From an uncultured Candidatus Saccharibacteria bacterium (lineage in GTDB: Bacteria > Patescibacteriota > Minisyncoccia > Phycocordibacterales > CAIZLB01), in NCBI GenBank assembly GCA_964417855.1, contig CAYQJB010000001.1, positions 294,709 through 358,708 on the forward strand: DNA of 64,000 nt, in the 5' to 3' direction. A program made the position numbers and the translations under genes. This document shows, one piece after another, positions 30,819 through 41,666 of the stretch (positions within the stretch are counted from its first letter, which is position 1; each line of letters begins with the position of its first letter). The notes beneath the pieces were generated by a model. It worked only from the letters and a program-made list of their open reading frames with translations, ran no database searches and had not been told where the DNA came from.

Positions 30819-33203
30819 ATGAATAAAACAAACAGTTCAATTTGCGAATTTTTGAAATACGCAATAATCGGCCTAGTTTTTCTAGTGCCCTTCGCAGATT
30901 TAGTAATATCAGAGTCTCTATATTTCCCGTTTATAACAGGTAAGGGTTTTGTAGCCAGGGCAATAGTCCTAGTTATTGCTCTTCTTTATACATCTTTGGT
31001 TATCAGAGACAGAAGCTATTTACCTAAGAAAACGCCTGTTGTTTGGGCTGCAACAACTTTTATTTTGGTATTGCTAGCTTCAACAATAAACTCTATTGAT
31101 CCATGGAAGAGTTTTTGGAGTAATCAAGAAAGAATGGAAGGTTTTGTCACACTAGCTGAAATGTTTGTTTTATTTATTGTATCAACTGGTGTTTTTTCAA
31201 ATGTGTTTGCAAGAACCTCAAAAGAGAAAGGAATATCAACAGCTTCGCCTTCAGATTTTGGTGTTTGGAAATGGTTTTTAAATACAATGCTTGCACTCAG
31301 CGTTATTATGGGTATTTATGCATTCTCAAAAATGCAGAACGCTGATGATCGTATCTTTGGAACATTGGGTAACTCTTCTTATTTGGGAGGTTACGCAATG
31401 GCGCATTTCTTCCTTGCAATGTATTTGGCGATAGACGTTATTAAAAGAATGTCATTATCTCTTAGAAAAATACCTGTTAAGGCTCGCGAGAATTTTATTT
31501 TCATTGATGTATTTCTTTCATTAATTTATGTTGCTGTAGGAATATTTAACCTTGCTGTGATGTATCAAACAGGAACAAGAGGTTCTTTTGTTGGACTAGT
31601 AGCGGGGCTATTTATTACCGCCGTAATTTGGGCTATAGCTGAGAGAAAATTGCCAATATTTAGATGGATTGGAATTGTGTCACTAGTTATAGTTGTGGCC
31701 ATTGTTGCTTTCCTTGGAGTTAATAAAAATTCTAATTTTGTTAAAACTAACAATCAACTGAATAGATTTGCTCAACTTATTACATGGGATGTAAGCAAGG
31801 TTCTGTCTGATCAAGGTCATTCAAGAACAATGCTTTGGAAAATGTCATACGAGGGTGTAAAAGAAAGACCGTTGTTAGGATGGGGACAAGATAATTTTCC
31901 TTATGTATTTGCAAAGTACTATGATCCAGCTATGTATGCACAAGAGTCATGGTTTGATAGAACTCATGATGTATTCTTTGACTGGCTAATCGCAGCTGGA
32001 TTTTTAGGCCTACTGTCATATTTGGCATTATTCTTGTCTGCGATATATACATTGTGGAAAAAAATTAACGATGATTGGAGTGTGACAGAAAGGGCGGTGA
32101 TTACCGGAATGCTTATTGCATACTTTGTTCACAATATATTTGTGTTCGACAACCTTGCAAGTTACATCTTCTTCTTCACAATTCTGGCGTTTATAAACAC
32201 TCGTGGACAAGGGAATATTGAGTCAAAGAGTATTCCTTTGGTTAAAGGTAATTCTGTTTGGATTCTTGACGTTGTTGCTGTTATTTTAACTGGTTATGTA
32301 ATATGGATTGCTGTTCTATCGCCATATAATTCAAGTGGACAGTTAATTCAATCTATGCAAGATAAGCAACAAACTCTTGTTGGTGGTAAGGCTCAGATAG
32401 TAGCAGCAGACCCTAAGGTTAGATTTGGACTAATTAAAGATGTTTTGAGTGCAAATAATCTAACTAGATCAGAAGCTCGCGAGAGATTGGTAGATATTTC
32501 TGTCGCAGCGATTACGCAGTCCGCAAAGACTGATCCAGCTTTTGCTAAAGAAGTTTATGATTATACAGTGGATCAATACGGTAAAGAATTTGCTGCTTCA
32601 AAAATGGATCCAAGACCATACTTTTTCTATTCTATATTCCAACAAAAGCTTGGTATGAATGCAGGAGCGTTAGAGACAATTAAAAAAGCAGTGGATCTTT
32701 CTCCAACTAAGCAGTCATTCTTGTATACGGAAGGTCAATTGTTAATGACGTTAAACAGAAGAGATGAAAGTACAGAAGTATTTAGAAAAGCTTACGAACT
32801 TGATAAAACAAACGTAGATGCTCTAAAGTATTATGCATATAGTCTAATAGAGAATAATAAAGCAGGGGACATAGATGCATTATTAAATGAACAAGTTAAG
32901 ATTGACCCAACATTCAAAAATGATTCTGTTTGGGCTGATCCCATGGTCCTACAGGCGCTACTTGATACAAAATCATTTGAAAAAGCAATTTCAATTGCAA
33001 AACAAAGAATCGTAAATAATCCGCAAGACATACAGGCTGTAATTTCACTATCTGCTATATATCTTAAGGCGGGTGATAGATATGCTTCTATAGAGGAACT
33101 AAAGAAAATAAAAGCACTTAAGCCTGAATATACAGCTGACGTTGATAAGTATATTAAGGATATACAAGATGGAAAGGATCCTTCCTCACAACAGACTCAA
33201 TAG
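30819..33203 (+). CDS. O-antigen ligase/polymerase (Wzy_C)-family polytopic membrane protein with C-terminal TPR repeats
   Basis: ~12 TM helices in first 500 aa; C-terminal TPR-like helical repeats. Confidence 0.75.
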   Translation: MNKTNSSICEFLKYAIIGLVFLVPFADLVISESLYFPFITGKGFVARAIVLVIALLYTSLVIRDRSYLPKKTPVVWAATTFILVLLASTINSIDPWKSFWSNQERMEGFVTLAEMFVLFIVSTGVFSNVFARTSKEKGISTASPSDFGVWKWFLNTMLALSVIMGIYAFSKMQNADDRIFGTLGNSSYLGGYAMAHFFLAMYLAIDVIKRMSLSLRKIPVKARENFIFIDVFLSLIYVAVGIFNLAVMYQTGTRGSFVGLVAGLFITAVIWAIAERKLPIFRWIGIVSLVIVVAIVAFLGVNKNSNFVKTNNQLNRFAQLITWDVSKVLSDQGHSRTMLWKMSYEGVKERPLLGWGQDNFPYVFAKYYDPAMYAQESWFDRTHDVFFDWLIAAGFLGLLSYLALFLSAIYTLWKKINDDWSVTERAVITGMLIAYFVHNIFVFDNLASYIFFFTILAFINTRGQGNIESKSIPLVKGNSVWILDVVAVILTGYVIWIAVLSPYNSSGQLIQSMQDKQQTLVGGKAQIVAADPKVRFGLIKDVLSANNLTRSEARERLVDISVAAITQSAKTDPAFAKEVYDYTVDQYGKEFAASKMDPRPYFFYSIFQQKLGMNAGALETIKKAVDLSPTKQSFLYTEGQLLMTLNRRDESTEVFRKAYELDKTNVDALKYYAYSLIENNKAGDIDALLNEQVKIDPTFKNDSVWADPMVLQALLDTKSFEKAISIAKQRIVNNPQDIQAVISLSAIYLKAGDRYASIEELKKIKALKPEYTADVDKYIKDIQDGKDPSSQQTQ

Positions 33204-33279
33204 TAGGATGGATCTAGGTGAGGTAAAGTGAGATTGTACCAGCACGTCATTTCTCAATCGCACAAATACCTAAATAAAC

Positions 33280-34317
33280 ATGACAATATTTTTTGGTCCG
33301 CACAGCTTAAGAAACAAAATTCACACACTAATGTCCAAAACCTGGCTTGGTGTGGTTTTTGAATTTACAATAATTATTTTTGCAATTATCGGACTTCTTT
33401 TTGCATCTGTTTTTGTAGGTATGCGATTTGGACTATTAAATGTTAAAGGCACAATAGATGAAAGAAATAAGTTTTTCATAGGTTCAGATACAGGTTCTAC
33501 ATCTACGTCCACGTCAATAGATTCAAATGCTCAAACAGGAGATTCAAGAGGTCTTAGTCCCGTGAGTATAAGTGATGAAAATACAAGATTAAATCTAGCT
33601 ATAATTGGAAAGATAGAATCAGAGTTTAGAAAAAATATGACTGAGGTTAGAAAATCTATTTTTCCGGATATAAGTTTTGCATGGATAAATACAAGTGAAT
33701 GGCAAACATTAACAGCGGCTCTGACAAAAGATAAAGAGGTGATTAAAAAAGCGGCTAATGACGCATCTATTAGTCCACGTCTTTTAGTTGCTGTTGTTAT
33801 CGCAGAGCAAATAAGATTTTTTACTTCTGACAGAGAAACATTTAAGAAGTTTTTTGAGCCTTTGAAAATACTAGGAACATTATCTCAGTTTTCACTAGGA
33901 GTTAGTGGTGTTAAACCAGATACTGCAAAGGCAATAGAAGATAATTTAAAAAACCCAAATTCTGAATTTTATATTTCTAAAGAATATGAAAATCTTTTGG
34001 ATTATGAGACTGTTCAGAATGATGCAGATAGGTATGCGCGCCTAACAGACAGTCACAATCATTATTATTCTTATTTATATACAGCTTTGTTTATAAAAGA
34101 GATTGAATCACAATGGTCCAGAGCAGGCTATGATATCTCTAATAGACCAGAAATCATTTCAACAATTTTTAATTTAGGTTTTTCAAAATCTATTCCTAAA
34201 AATAATCCTGAAGTTGCTGGTTCTGTAATAAACATTGGAGGAGAAAAAATTTCTTTTGGTAGATTGTCTTACGAGTTTTACTATTCAGGAGAGTTACTAG
34301 ATATTTTTGGATTCTAA
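33280..34317 (+). CDS. hypothetical membrane-anchored protein
   Basis: 345-aa ORF, single N-terminal TM, no recognised motif. Confidence 0.55.
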   Translation: MTIFFGPHSLRNKIHTLMSKTWLGVVFEFTIIIFAIIGLLFASVFVGMRFGLLNVKGTIDERNKFFIGSDTGSTSTSTSIDSNAQTGDSRGLSPVSISDENTRLNLAIIGKIESEFRKNMTEVRKSIFPDISFAWINTSEWQTLTAALTKDKEVIKKAANDASISPRLLVAVVIAEQIRFFTSDRETFKKFFEPLKILGTLSQFSLGVSGVKPDTAKAIEDNLKNPNSEFYISKEYENLLDYETVQNDADRYARLTDSHNHYYSYLYTALFIKEIESQWSRAGYDISNRPEIISTIFNLGFSKSIPKNNPEVAGSVINIGGEKISFGRLSYEFYYSGELLDIFGF

Positions 34318-34440
34318 TAATATTCTAACGCTTTGTAAATTAAAAAATAAATAAATAAAAAATATTTTATAAAAATAAAAATAAAAATAAAAAAGTTATC
34401 CACAATTATTTTGTAAATAAAATTGTTATTAATTAAAAAA
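34318..34440. repeat. AT-only simple-sequence tract (AAATA/AAAAT repeats)
   Basis: aaataaataaataaaaaatattttataaaaataaaaataaaaataaaaaa. Confidence 0.6.
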
Positions 34441-34513
34441 TGTTAGATAATTAACTTAACTACATGTGCATCGTCGGCGCGTGTAACATTAAAAAAATAA
34501 TTTCAATAATAAT

Positions 34514-34657
34514 ATGGCAGCAAAAAAGAAAGTAGCAGCAAAGAAAGTAGTTAAGAAAGCTGTGAAGAAAGTAGTTAAGAAAGTTGCAAAGAAAGCTGTG
34601 AAGAAGGCAGTGAAGAAAGCAGCTCCAAAGAAGAAAGTTGCAGCAAAGAAGAAATAA
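34514..34657 (+). CDS. 47-aa lysine/alanine-rich histone H1-like basic protein (KKAVKK repeats; not in ORF track)
   Basis: ATG 34514 ... TAA 34655; MAAKKKVAAKKVVKKAVKKVVKKVAKKAVKKAVKKAAPKKKVAAKKK; followed by terminator. Confidence 0.5.
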   Translation: MAAKKKVAAKKVVKKAVKKVVKKVAKKAVKKAVKKAAPKKKVAAKKK

Positions 34658-34687
34658 TCCAAAAGATTTTTTCCACTTTAATAAGAA

Positions 34688-34712
34688 CCTCGCTTAGGCG
34701 GGGTTTTTATTT
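34688..34712 (+). terminator. intrinsic terminator
   Basis: CCTCGC-ttag-GCGGGG + TTTTTATTTTG. Confidence 0.5.
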
Positions 34713-34797
34713 TGTTTAAATATATTTATGTAAGAAGAAAGTAATTTACGCTCGGTATTCTCTTTCTTTTCTGTGGCCTTTATGAGGCGTCTATTTT

Positions 34798-37398
34798 GTG
34801 CTAAAATGGCCCTATATGAGTATTATATCTGATCTGTTTTCCATCTCTAAAAAGCAGGTGGCTAAGTATAGAAAAATCGTTGATATTATCAATGGATTTG
34901 AGCCTTCTATACAAGCCTTATCTGATGAGGAGTTAAAAGCAAAAACTGAGGAGTTTAGAAACCGTTTAAATGGCGGGGCTGTTTTGAATGACATTCTACC
35001 AGAGGCTTTTGCTGTTGTTAGAGAGGCTTCACACAGAACCCTTGGTCAACGCCATTATGATGTTCAGTTAATAGGAGGTCTAGTTCTTCACAATGGAAAT
35101 ATTGCAGAAATGAAAACTGGAGAAGGAAAGACTTTGATGGCAACACTAGCTGCGTACCTGAATGCAGTTTCAGGAAAAGGAGTTCATGTTGTAACTGTTA
35201 ATGATTATCTTGCAAGAAGAGATGCTGCTTGGATGGGAGAAATTTATTATGCACTTGGATTATCTACCGGTGTTGTTAATGAAGGGGAGTCTTACCTTTA
35301 TGATCCAGCTGCTGTTGTAGAAAGATTAGGCGAAGAGGCAGAAGAAAAACTAGAGAAAAAAGAAGATGAAGTCGGGGCATTTAAAATTGTCTATGAACTA
35401 CTTAGACCAACAGACAAGAAGTCTGCGTACCTAGCTGATATAACTTATGGAACAAATAATCAATTTGGGTTTGACTATCTACGTGACAACCTAGAACAAA
35501 GACCAGATGATCTAAGACAAAGAGAATTTAATTATGCGATTGTTGACGAGGTTGACTCAATTTTGATTGATGAATCAAGAACTCCCTTGATCATTGCATC
35601 TCCTTATGCTGATTCAGGAAACTTATATGTAACTTTTGCAGAACTATCAAAACATTTAGAAAAAGATGTTCACTACGTTGTTGATGAAAAATTCAAAACA
35701 ATATCTGTAACGGACGCTGGAATTGATGCTGCAGAGAAAAGCCTTGGAGTAACTAATATATATAGTGAGGGTGGTGTTAAGTATGTTCACCATATGGAAA
35801 CCGCCATTAGAGCAAAGGCATTGTTCCATAGAGATGTTGATTACATAGTAAAGGATAATGAAGTTATGATTGTTGATCCTTCAACAGGAAGACTTCAACC
35901 AGGTAGAAGATGGTCAGAGGGTTTACATCAAGCTATTGAAGCTAAGGAAGGAGTAGAAATTAAAAAAGAATCAAGAACTTATGCATCTATCACATTCCAA
36001 AACTATTTTAGAATGTATCCAAAGCTAGCTGGAATGACAGGAACTGGTCTTACAAGTCAGGAAGAGTTTTTGAAAGTCTATGGACTTGATGTTATTGAGG
36101 TTCCAACACATCGCGCAATTTCTCGTGTAGACAAAACCGATCTTATTTTTAGAACAGAAGCTGCAAAGTTTAGAGCTATTGCAAAAAAGATTAAAGAATT
36201 GAATCAAGTAGGACAGCCTGTTTTGGTTGGTACTGTTTCAATTGAAAAAAACCAATTGCTATCAGAGTTTCTAAAGAAAGAGGGAGTTCCTCATACATTA
36301 CTAAATGCAAAACCAGAATTTGCAGAGAAAGAAGGAGAAACAGTGGCTCAGGCCGGAAAGAAGGGTGCTGTTACTATTGCAACAAACATGGCTGGACGTG
36401 GGGTTGATATTAAACTAGGAGGAGCACCGGGATCAAAGGATTTATATGAAGAAATAAAATCAGTTGGGGGGTTGTATATAATCGGAACAGAAAGACATGA
36501 AGCCAGAAGAATTGATAATCAATTAAGAGGAAGAGCTGGAAGACAAGGGGATCCAGGCGAAACTCAATTCTACGTTTCTTTTGAAGATGACTTGATGAGA
36601 ATTTTTGCAAACGATTTTCTTAACAGTGCATTGGATAAATTGGGAATAGAAGAAGACCAACCGATTGAAACAAGAATTGTGTCAAAACAACTTGAAAGTG
36701 CTCAAAGAAAGATTGAGGGTATTCACTTTGATTCCAGAAAACATACTCTTCAATATGACGATGTTTTAAATCAACAAAGAAGTAAGGTATATTCAAGAAG
36801 AAAGAGAATTGTTCTATCAACTCCCGAGGAAGTAGAAACAGAGCTTGCAATTTTCTTGACAACATCAACAGACGAGGAAAAAATGGCAATAGAAAATAGA
36901 CGTGCTCAATTTAAAGGACAAGCTATTGCAAATGGGTTTGCAGAAGCAGATGCTGAGAAACCTTTCTTGTATACTGCTAGAAATATAATTCTACAAACAA
37001 TAGACCTGTTCTGGGTAGATCACCTAGAGATGATGGAGTACTTGCGTTCAAGTGTGTCGCTTAGAGCGTATGGACAAAGAGATCCTCTTGTTGAGTACAA
37101 AACTGAGGGACTAAGAATGTATAAGGATATGGAGCTTGGTGTTTCTGGAGAGATCACGAGACTGCTTCAATTGGTGAGTGGAGAAATAACAGTAAATAAT
37201 ACACCTGTAAAGACTGTTGGATTAAGAGCTGATAATACATTAGAGGATCAATCTCAATCTCAAGGAGTTTACTCTGGTGATGTATCAAATGCCGCAAACT
37301 TTGTTGCGTCTTCTGCTCATGGAGCTGATAAGGTTGGAAGAAATGATCCATGTCCATGCGGCTCTGGAAAGAAATACAAAAAATGTCACGGTCAATAG
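34798..37398 (+). CDS. secA: preprotein translocase ATPase SecA
   Basis: DEAD-motor motifs, C-terminal zinc finger CPCGSGKKYKKCHG. Confidence 0.95.
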   Translation: MLKWPYMSIISDLFSISKKQVAKYRKIVDIINGFEPSIQALSDEELKAKTEEFRNRLNGGAVLNDILPEAFAVVREASHRTLGQRHYDVQLIGGLVLHNGNIAEMKTGEGKTLMATLAAYLNAVSGKGVHVVTVNDYLARRDAAWMGEIYYALGLSTGVVNEGESYLYDPAAVVERLGEEAEEKLEKKEDEVGAFKIVYELLRPTDKKSAYLADITYGTNNQFGFDYLRDNLEQRPDDLRQREFNYAIVDEVDSILIDESRTPLIIASPYADSGNLYVTFAELSKHLEKDVHYVVDEKFKTISVTDAGIDAAEKSLGVTNIYSEGGVKYVHHMETAIRAKALFHRDVDYIVKDNEVMIVDPSTGRLQPGRRWSEGLHQAIEAKEGVEIKKESRTYASITFQNYFRMYPKLAGMTGTGLTSQEEFLKVYGLDVIEVPTHRAISRVDKTDLIFRTEAAKFRAIAKKIKELNQVGQPVLVGTVSIEKNQLLSEFLKKEGVPHTLLNAKPEFAEKEGETVAQAGKKGAVTIATNMAGRGVDIKLGGAPGSKDLYEEIKSVGGLYIIGTERHEARRIDNQLRGRAGRQGDPGETQFYVSFEDDLMRIFANDFLNSALDKLGIEEDQPIETRIVSKQLESAQRKIEGIHFDSRKHTLQYDDVLNQQRSKVYSRRKRIVLSTPEEVETELAIFLTTSTDEEKMAIENRRAQFKGQAIANGFAEADAEKPFLYTARNIILQTIDLFWVDHLEMMEYLRSSVSLRAYGQRDPLVEYKTEGLRMYKDMELGVSGEITRLLQLVSGEITVNNTPVKTVGLRADNTLEDQSQSQGVYSGDVSNAANFVASSAHGADKVGRNDPCPCGSGKKYKKCHGQ

Positions 37399-37408
37399 AG
37401 TTTCAAAC

Positions 37409-38359
37409 ATGTCTAAACGAGTAATAATTACAGGTGGTGCAGGCTTCATAGGTTCACATACTGTAGAAGAGTTTCTTTTACATGACTATGAGGTTGTTGT
37501 AATAGATAATTTGAGCTCAGGACTGAAAAAAAACCTAGAAAATGTTTCCGAAAAAATTAAATTTGTCGAAGGGGATATTCGCGACAAATCGTTGTTAACT
37601 GAAAATATAAGAAAAGGGGATATTGTGGTACATTTGGCTGGTTTTATATCTGTACCAGATAGCATTCTAAGACCAGAGGAGTCACATGATATAAATGTAA
37701 ATGGTACAAATACATTGTATGTTGTAGCAAAAGATATGGGTGCAAAGAGAGTTGTTACAGCTTCATCTGCAGCAATATATGGCGAGCCGGAAATGATACC
37801 TCAAAATGAAAATAATAGTTTGAAATCTTTCTCTCCGTATGCGTTACATAAAACTATTATAGAAAAATATGCGGAATTATACTCTAGAATTTTTTGCGTA
37901 GAGCACGTAGCAATGAGATTTTTTAATGTATATGGTCCAAGGCAGGCATCATCAGGCGGTTACGCTGCTGTAATTCCAATATTCATGGAAAAAATTAAAA
38001 ATGACATACCTGCTGAAATAAATGGCGATGGAAGTGCTGTGCGTGATTTTATATATGTTAAGGATGTAGCGAGGGTTTTACGTCTTGCTGCTGAATTTGA
38101 AATGACTAAGGATGTTAGTAATTCTGCTGTTCCAGCTGTGCTTTTTAATTATTTCAATATAGCAACAGGTAAACCATCAACTATAAATGAGCTTTGGTCT
38201 AATCTTTGTAAGATTATGGACAAGGATATACAGCCAATTTATAAACCATTTAGGATAGGGGATGTACATACTAGTTTAGCGGATGTTTCAAAAGCAAAAG
38301 AGATGCTTAAGTTTGAGGCAGAGACATCTTTTTTTGATGGTTTGAAAAGTATGTTATAG
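37409..38359 (+). CDS. NAD-dependent sugar epimerase/dehydratase (UDP-hexose 4-epimerase-like, SDR family)
   Basis: MSKRVIITGGAGFIGSH Rossmann motif; ORF track start 37277 overlaps secA, ATG 37409 preferred. Confidence 0.85.
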   Translation: MSKRVIITGGAGFIGSHTVEEFLLHDYEVVVIDNLSSGLKKNLENVSEKIKFVEGDIRDKSLLTENIRKGDIVVHLAGFISVPDSILRPEESHDINVNGTNTLYVVAKDMGAKRVVTASSAAIYGEPEMIPQNENNSLKSFSPYALHKTIIEKYAELYSRIFCVEHVAMRFFNVYGPRQASSGGYAAVIPIFMEKIKNDIPAEINGDGSAVRDFIYVKDVARVLRLAAEFEMTKDVSNSAVPAVLFNYFNIATGKPSTINELWSNLCKIMDKDIQPIYKPFRIGDVHTSLADVSKAKEMLKFEAETSFFDGLKSML

Positions 38360-38446
38360 AAACCCTTATTTAAATAACTCTAGGTTTGTTGGGTAGTTAA
38401 TTGTGACGCAAGACCTAAAACTTTTTTTATTGTATAATATCAACAT

Positions 38447-39469
38447 ATGAACAATAAAAAACCACAAATATTTTTTGGAGTAGCCTTAGCTATTGTCTTT
38501 GTGCTGTCAGCTTTGGTCCTCCTTCCTTTTTTAACAACATTGGTACTCGCTGTTATCTTATCAGTACTGCTTAATCCTATATTTAAAAGAGTTACAAAAC
38601 TATTTTTCAAGAATAAAACTATAGGAGCGTTAATGACTATTATTTTGTCATGTATTTTAATCTTCATACCAATCGGCCTACTTTCATATCAGCTGTTTCT
38701 AGAGGCTCAAAGTGCATATAGTTCATTTGGAGCATCGGGGGCGTCAAATATCGTGACTCTGAATCAATCAATTAATGAGAACCTCAGATCAATGATACCA
38801 AGTATTGATGTTCATTTAGAAAAATATATTGGAGATTTGTATACATGGTTAATATCTAATCTAGGAAACCTGTTCTCTGGTACATTTGATATTTTCCTAA
38901 AGACTTTGATTATATTAGTATCAATGTTCTTCCTGTTGAAGGACGGGGAGTTTATTCAAAAGAATATAAAGGACATGATTCCAATTTCATCCGATGTTTA
39001 TGATTACCTGGTCAAAAGCATGAAGGTAACAATAAATTCCGTGGTGTTTGGCTCTATTGCAATTGCCATTATTCAAGGAGTTTCATCGGGAATTGGATTC
39101 GCAATTTTTGGTATTCCTAATTCAACAATGTGGGGAACAGTAGCAGCAGCTGCTTCATTCATACCAGGCTTTGGTACTGGTATTCTCTTTGTGCCAATGA
39201 TGTTGTATGCCTTTTTGTATGGTTCTCTTTTTCAAGTTTTCGGGTTATTATTATGGGCCATGATTTTTGTTAATGCTATTGAAACATTTTTGAGACCTAT
39301 GATTATTCATAAGTCAGTCAATATTCATCCTCTGTTCATTATATTTTCAATACTTGGAGGAATTAGTTTCTTTGGACCAGTTGGTTCAATACTTGGTCCG
39401 CTAATTCTAGGTCTACTGTTTGCTATGATAAGGGTTTATAAAATGAAGGATATCTCAATCGCTAAATAA
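38447..39469 (+). CDS. AI-2E family transporter (UPF0118/PerM)
   Basis: 8-TM topology and conserved central soluble segment typical of AI-2E. Confidence 0.8.
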   Translation: MNNKKPQIFFGVALAIVFVLSALVLLPFLTTLVLAVILSVLLNPIFKRVTKLFFKNKTIGALMTIILSCILIFIPIGLLSYQLFLEAQSAYSSFGASGASNIVTLNQSINENLRSMIPSIDVHLEKYIGDLYTWLISNLGNLFSGTFDIFLKTLIILVSMFFLLKDGEFIQKNIKDMIPISSDVYDYLVKSMKVTINSVVFGSIAIAIIQGVSSGIGFAIFGIPNSTMWGTVAAAASFIPGFGTGILFVPMMLYAFLYGSLFQVFGLLLWAMIFVNAIETFLRPMIIHKSVNIHPLFIIFSILGGISFFGPVGSILGPLILGLLFAMIRVYKMKDISIAK

Positions 39470-39471
39470 AA

Positions 39472-40578
39472 ATGATAAAAATACTAAAAAAAATAAAAAA
39501 AACATTAATACATAAAACAAAAAATATAGTTAATCTGGAAACAGGTAAGGCTGGAGGTCGCGATGCTAATCATATTTTAATTGCCACACACGGCTCTAAT
39601 TTTCATCCAGATGATGTTTGTGCAACAGCGGCCGCGTTGCTATATTACGGAGTAGACAAGACAGGGTTGGGGAAATTTTTGCATGGCTTTAATGAGCTAC
39701 AAGAAAAGCATAATGGAGAGTTTGTTAGGGTTGTTAGAACATTAGATAAAAAAGTAATGGACAAGGCTACTGTCCTAATGGATATAGGACGCGAGTATGA
39801 TGAAAAAAGAAAGAGATTTGACCATCATCAAGAGGGTGGAGCAGGAAAGAGAGAAGACGGAACACCCTACGCTTCATTTGGGCTGGTTTGGAAGAAGTTT
39901 GGTAAAAAAATAGTAGGTAATGCTGATGTTGCTGAATATGTAGACAAAATGTTCGTTAAACAAATCGATGCAATGGATAATGGAATAAGTATTGCAAAAA
40001 GCATGTTCGCAGACGGTACCTCACCACTTCTTTTTGAGGACATAATTAGACTAGATTGTGACCTTGTCTTTGGATTAAACCTAGAACCTCAGGAGATGAA
40101 TAAGGTTTTTGACAAGACTTTCTTTAAATTAGTACCTTTGGCCCAAAAGATGATTATAATGACAGCTCTCAAGGGTTATGCTATTGTGGAGGCTGACAAA
40201 AAGCTGGAGCAATTATACAATAAAGCCGTAGATAAAAGGGTGATAATTATGGACAAAAAGACACCTGTCAAGTTATCAAACTTCAAAGAGCCTTTGTTTA
40301 TGGTATATCCTTCACTTAGGGGTGGTTGGAATGCCCAAGCTGTCAGAATAGGATCTGGGTCATATGAGTCTAGAACTCACTTCCCAAAGAGCTGGGAAGC
40401 AAAGGATCCAGCTGATTTGCAAAAGATAACAGGCGTTCCGGATGCTACATTTTGTGCCTCAGGTAGATGGTTAGTTGCTGCTGGAAGCAAGGCTGGAGTC
40501 TTAAAACTCGTAGATCTAGCATTGAAAGAGATTGAGGCTGGTAGAGAAAAGGTTAAGATTGAGTTTGATCAAGAGTAG
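39472..40578 (+). CDS. MYG1/UPF0160 family metal-dependent hydrolase
   Basis: THGSNFHPDDVCATAALL and FDHHQ motifs. Confidence 0.7.
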   Translation: MIKILKKIKKTLIHKTKNIVNLETGKAGGRDANHILIATHGSNFHPDDVCATAAALLYYGVDKTGLGKFLHGFNELQEKHNGEFVRVVRTLDKKVMDKATVLMDIGREYDEKRKRFDHHQEGGAGKREDGTPYASFGLVWKKFGKKIVGNADVAEYVDKMFVKQIDAMDNGISIAKSMFADGTSPLLFEDIIRLDCDLVFGLNLEPQEMNKVFDKTFFKLVPLAQKMIIMTALKGYAIVEADKKLEQLYNKAVDKRVIIMDKKTPVKLSNFKEPLFMVYPSLRGGWNAQAVRIGSGSYESRTHFPKSWEAKDPADLQKITGVPDATFCASGRWLVAAGSKAGVLKLVDLALKEIEAGREKVKIEFDQE

Positions 40579-40640
40579 GTATATAGGGCTAGGTGCTATA
40601 GTAGGCCATCCCACTAAATTTAAATAATAACAAAAAATAT

Positions 40641-41666
40641 ATGGCGTTTATAGACGAAATGACAATTAGGATGAAGGCTGGAAATGGAGGAGATGGAGTG
40701 GTTAGATGGTTGCATGAAAAGTTTAAGGAGTTTGGTGGTCCTTCTGGTGGAAACGGAGGAACTGGAGGTCATATATATGCAAAGGCTGTGAGAGATTCAT
40801 GGCTGCTGTCTAGATATCGTCACACAAAAGAATTCGTTGCACAAAATGGTCAAGCTGGAGGAAACAAAAGTATGCACGGATCAAATGGTGAGAACCTATA
40901 TGTAGAAGTTCCTGTTGGAACAATTTTGAAGAACCTTACAACTGGGGAGGTTTTTAGACTTGATAAGGAAGGTCAAGAAACTATGATTTTAAAGGGAGGA
41001 AATGGAGGTCTTGGAAATGAAAACTTTAAATCATCAACAAACCAAACTCCAGAAGAACATACTCCTGGAAAGATTGGAGAAGAAGCAGATTTTCACATTG
41101 AAGTTGAAATTATTGCTAGTGCTGGACTAATTGGTTTACCAAACGCAGGTAAGTCATCACTTTTAAATTCACTAACACGCGCTGAAGCAAAGGTTGGTGC
41201 ATATCAGTTTACAACACTAGAGCCAAACTTAGGTGATTTGTATGGTCACATTCTTGCTGATATCCCAGGTATTATTGAAGGAGCAGGGGAAGGAAAGGGT
41301 CTTGGTCATAAATTCCTAAAACACGTAAGAAGAACAAAAATGCTTCTGCACTGTATTTCTATTGAAAATGAAATAGAAAATCTGGGTGGACACATTGGAG
41401 GGATGGAAGAAATTTACGATGTTATAAGAGAAGAACTTGCTTCATTTGACGAGGAATTAGTTAAGAAGGAAGAAATAATTATCTTCACAAAATCAGACTT
41501 GCTACCACCTGGGGACGCACAAGAAATTGCAGAAAAATTTATGAAGAAAAAGTTTGCTGGAGAACTAGCGGAGGGAAAGAAGTACTTTGTTATTTCTGTT
41601 TACGATGTGGACGCTATCAAGCATTTTTCTGATGAATTGATGAAGATTTTGGAGGTGTTGGACTAG
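40641..41666 (+). CDS. obg: GTPase Obg
   Basis: FIDEMTIRMKAGNGGDGVV Obg-fold N-terminus; G-domain GLPNAGKSS, DIPG. Confidence 0.95.
   Translation: MAFIDEMTIRMKAGNGGDGVVRWLHEKFKEFGGPSGGNGGTGGHIYAKAVRDSWLLSRYRHTKEFVAQNGQAGGNKSMHGSNGENLYVEVPVGTILKNLTTGEVFRLDKEGQETMILKGGNGGLGNENFKSSTNQTPEEHTPGKIGEEADFHIEVEIIASAGLIGLPNAGKSSLLNSLTRAEAKVGAYQFTTLEPNLGDLYGHILADIPGIIEGAGEGKGLGHKFLKHVRRTKMLLHCISIENEIENLGGHIGGMEEIYDVIREELASFDEELVKKEEIIIFTKSDLLPPGDAQEIAEKFMKKKFAGELAEGKKYFVISVYDVDAIKHFSDELMKILEVLD

Noticed and set aside
37277-37408. Upstream in-frame extension of the epimerase ORF overlapping the secA 3' end
   Set aside because: Overlaps the secA zinc-finger coding region; Rossmann motif begins right after ATG 37409.
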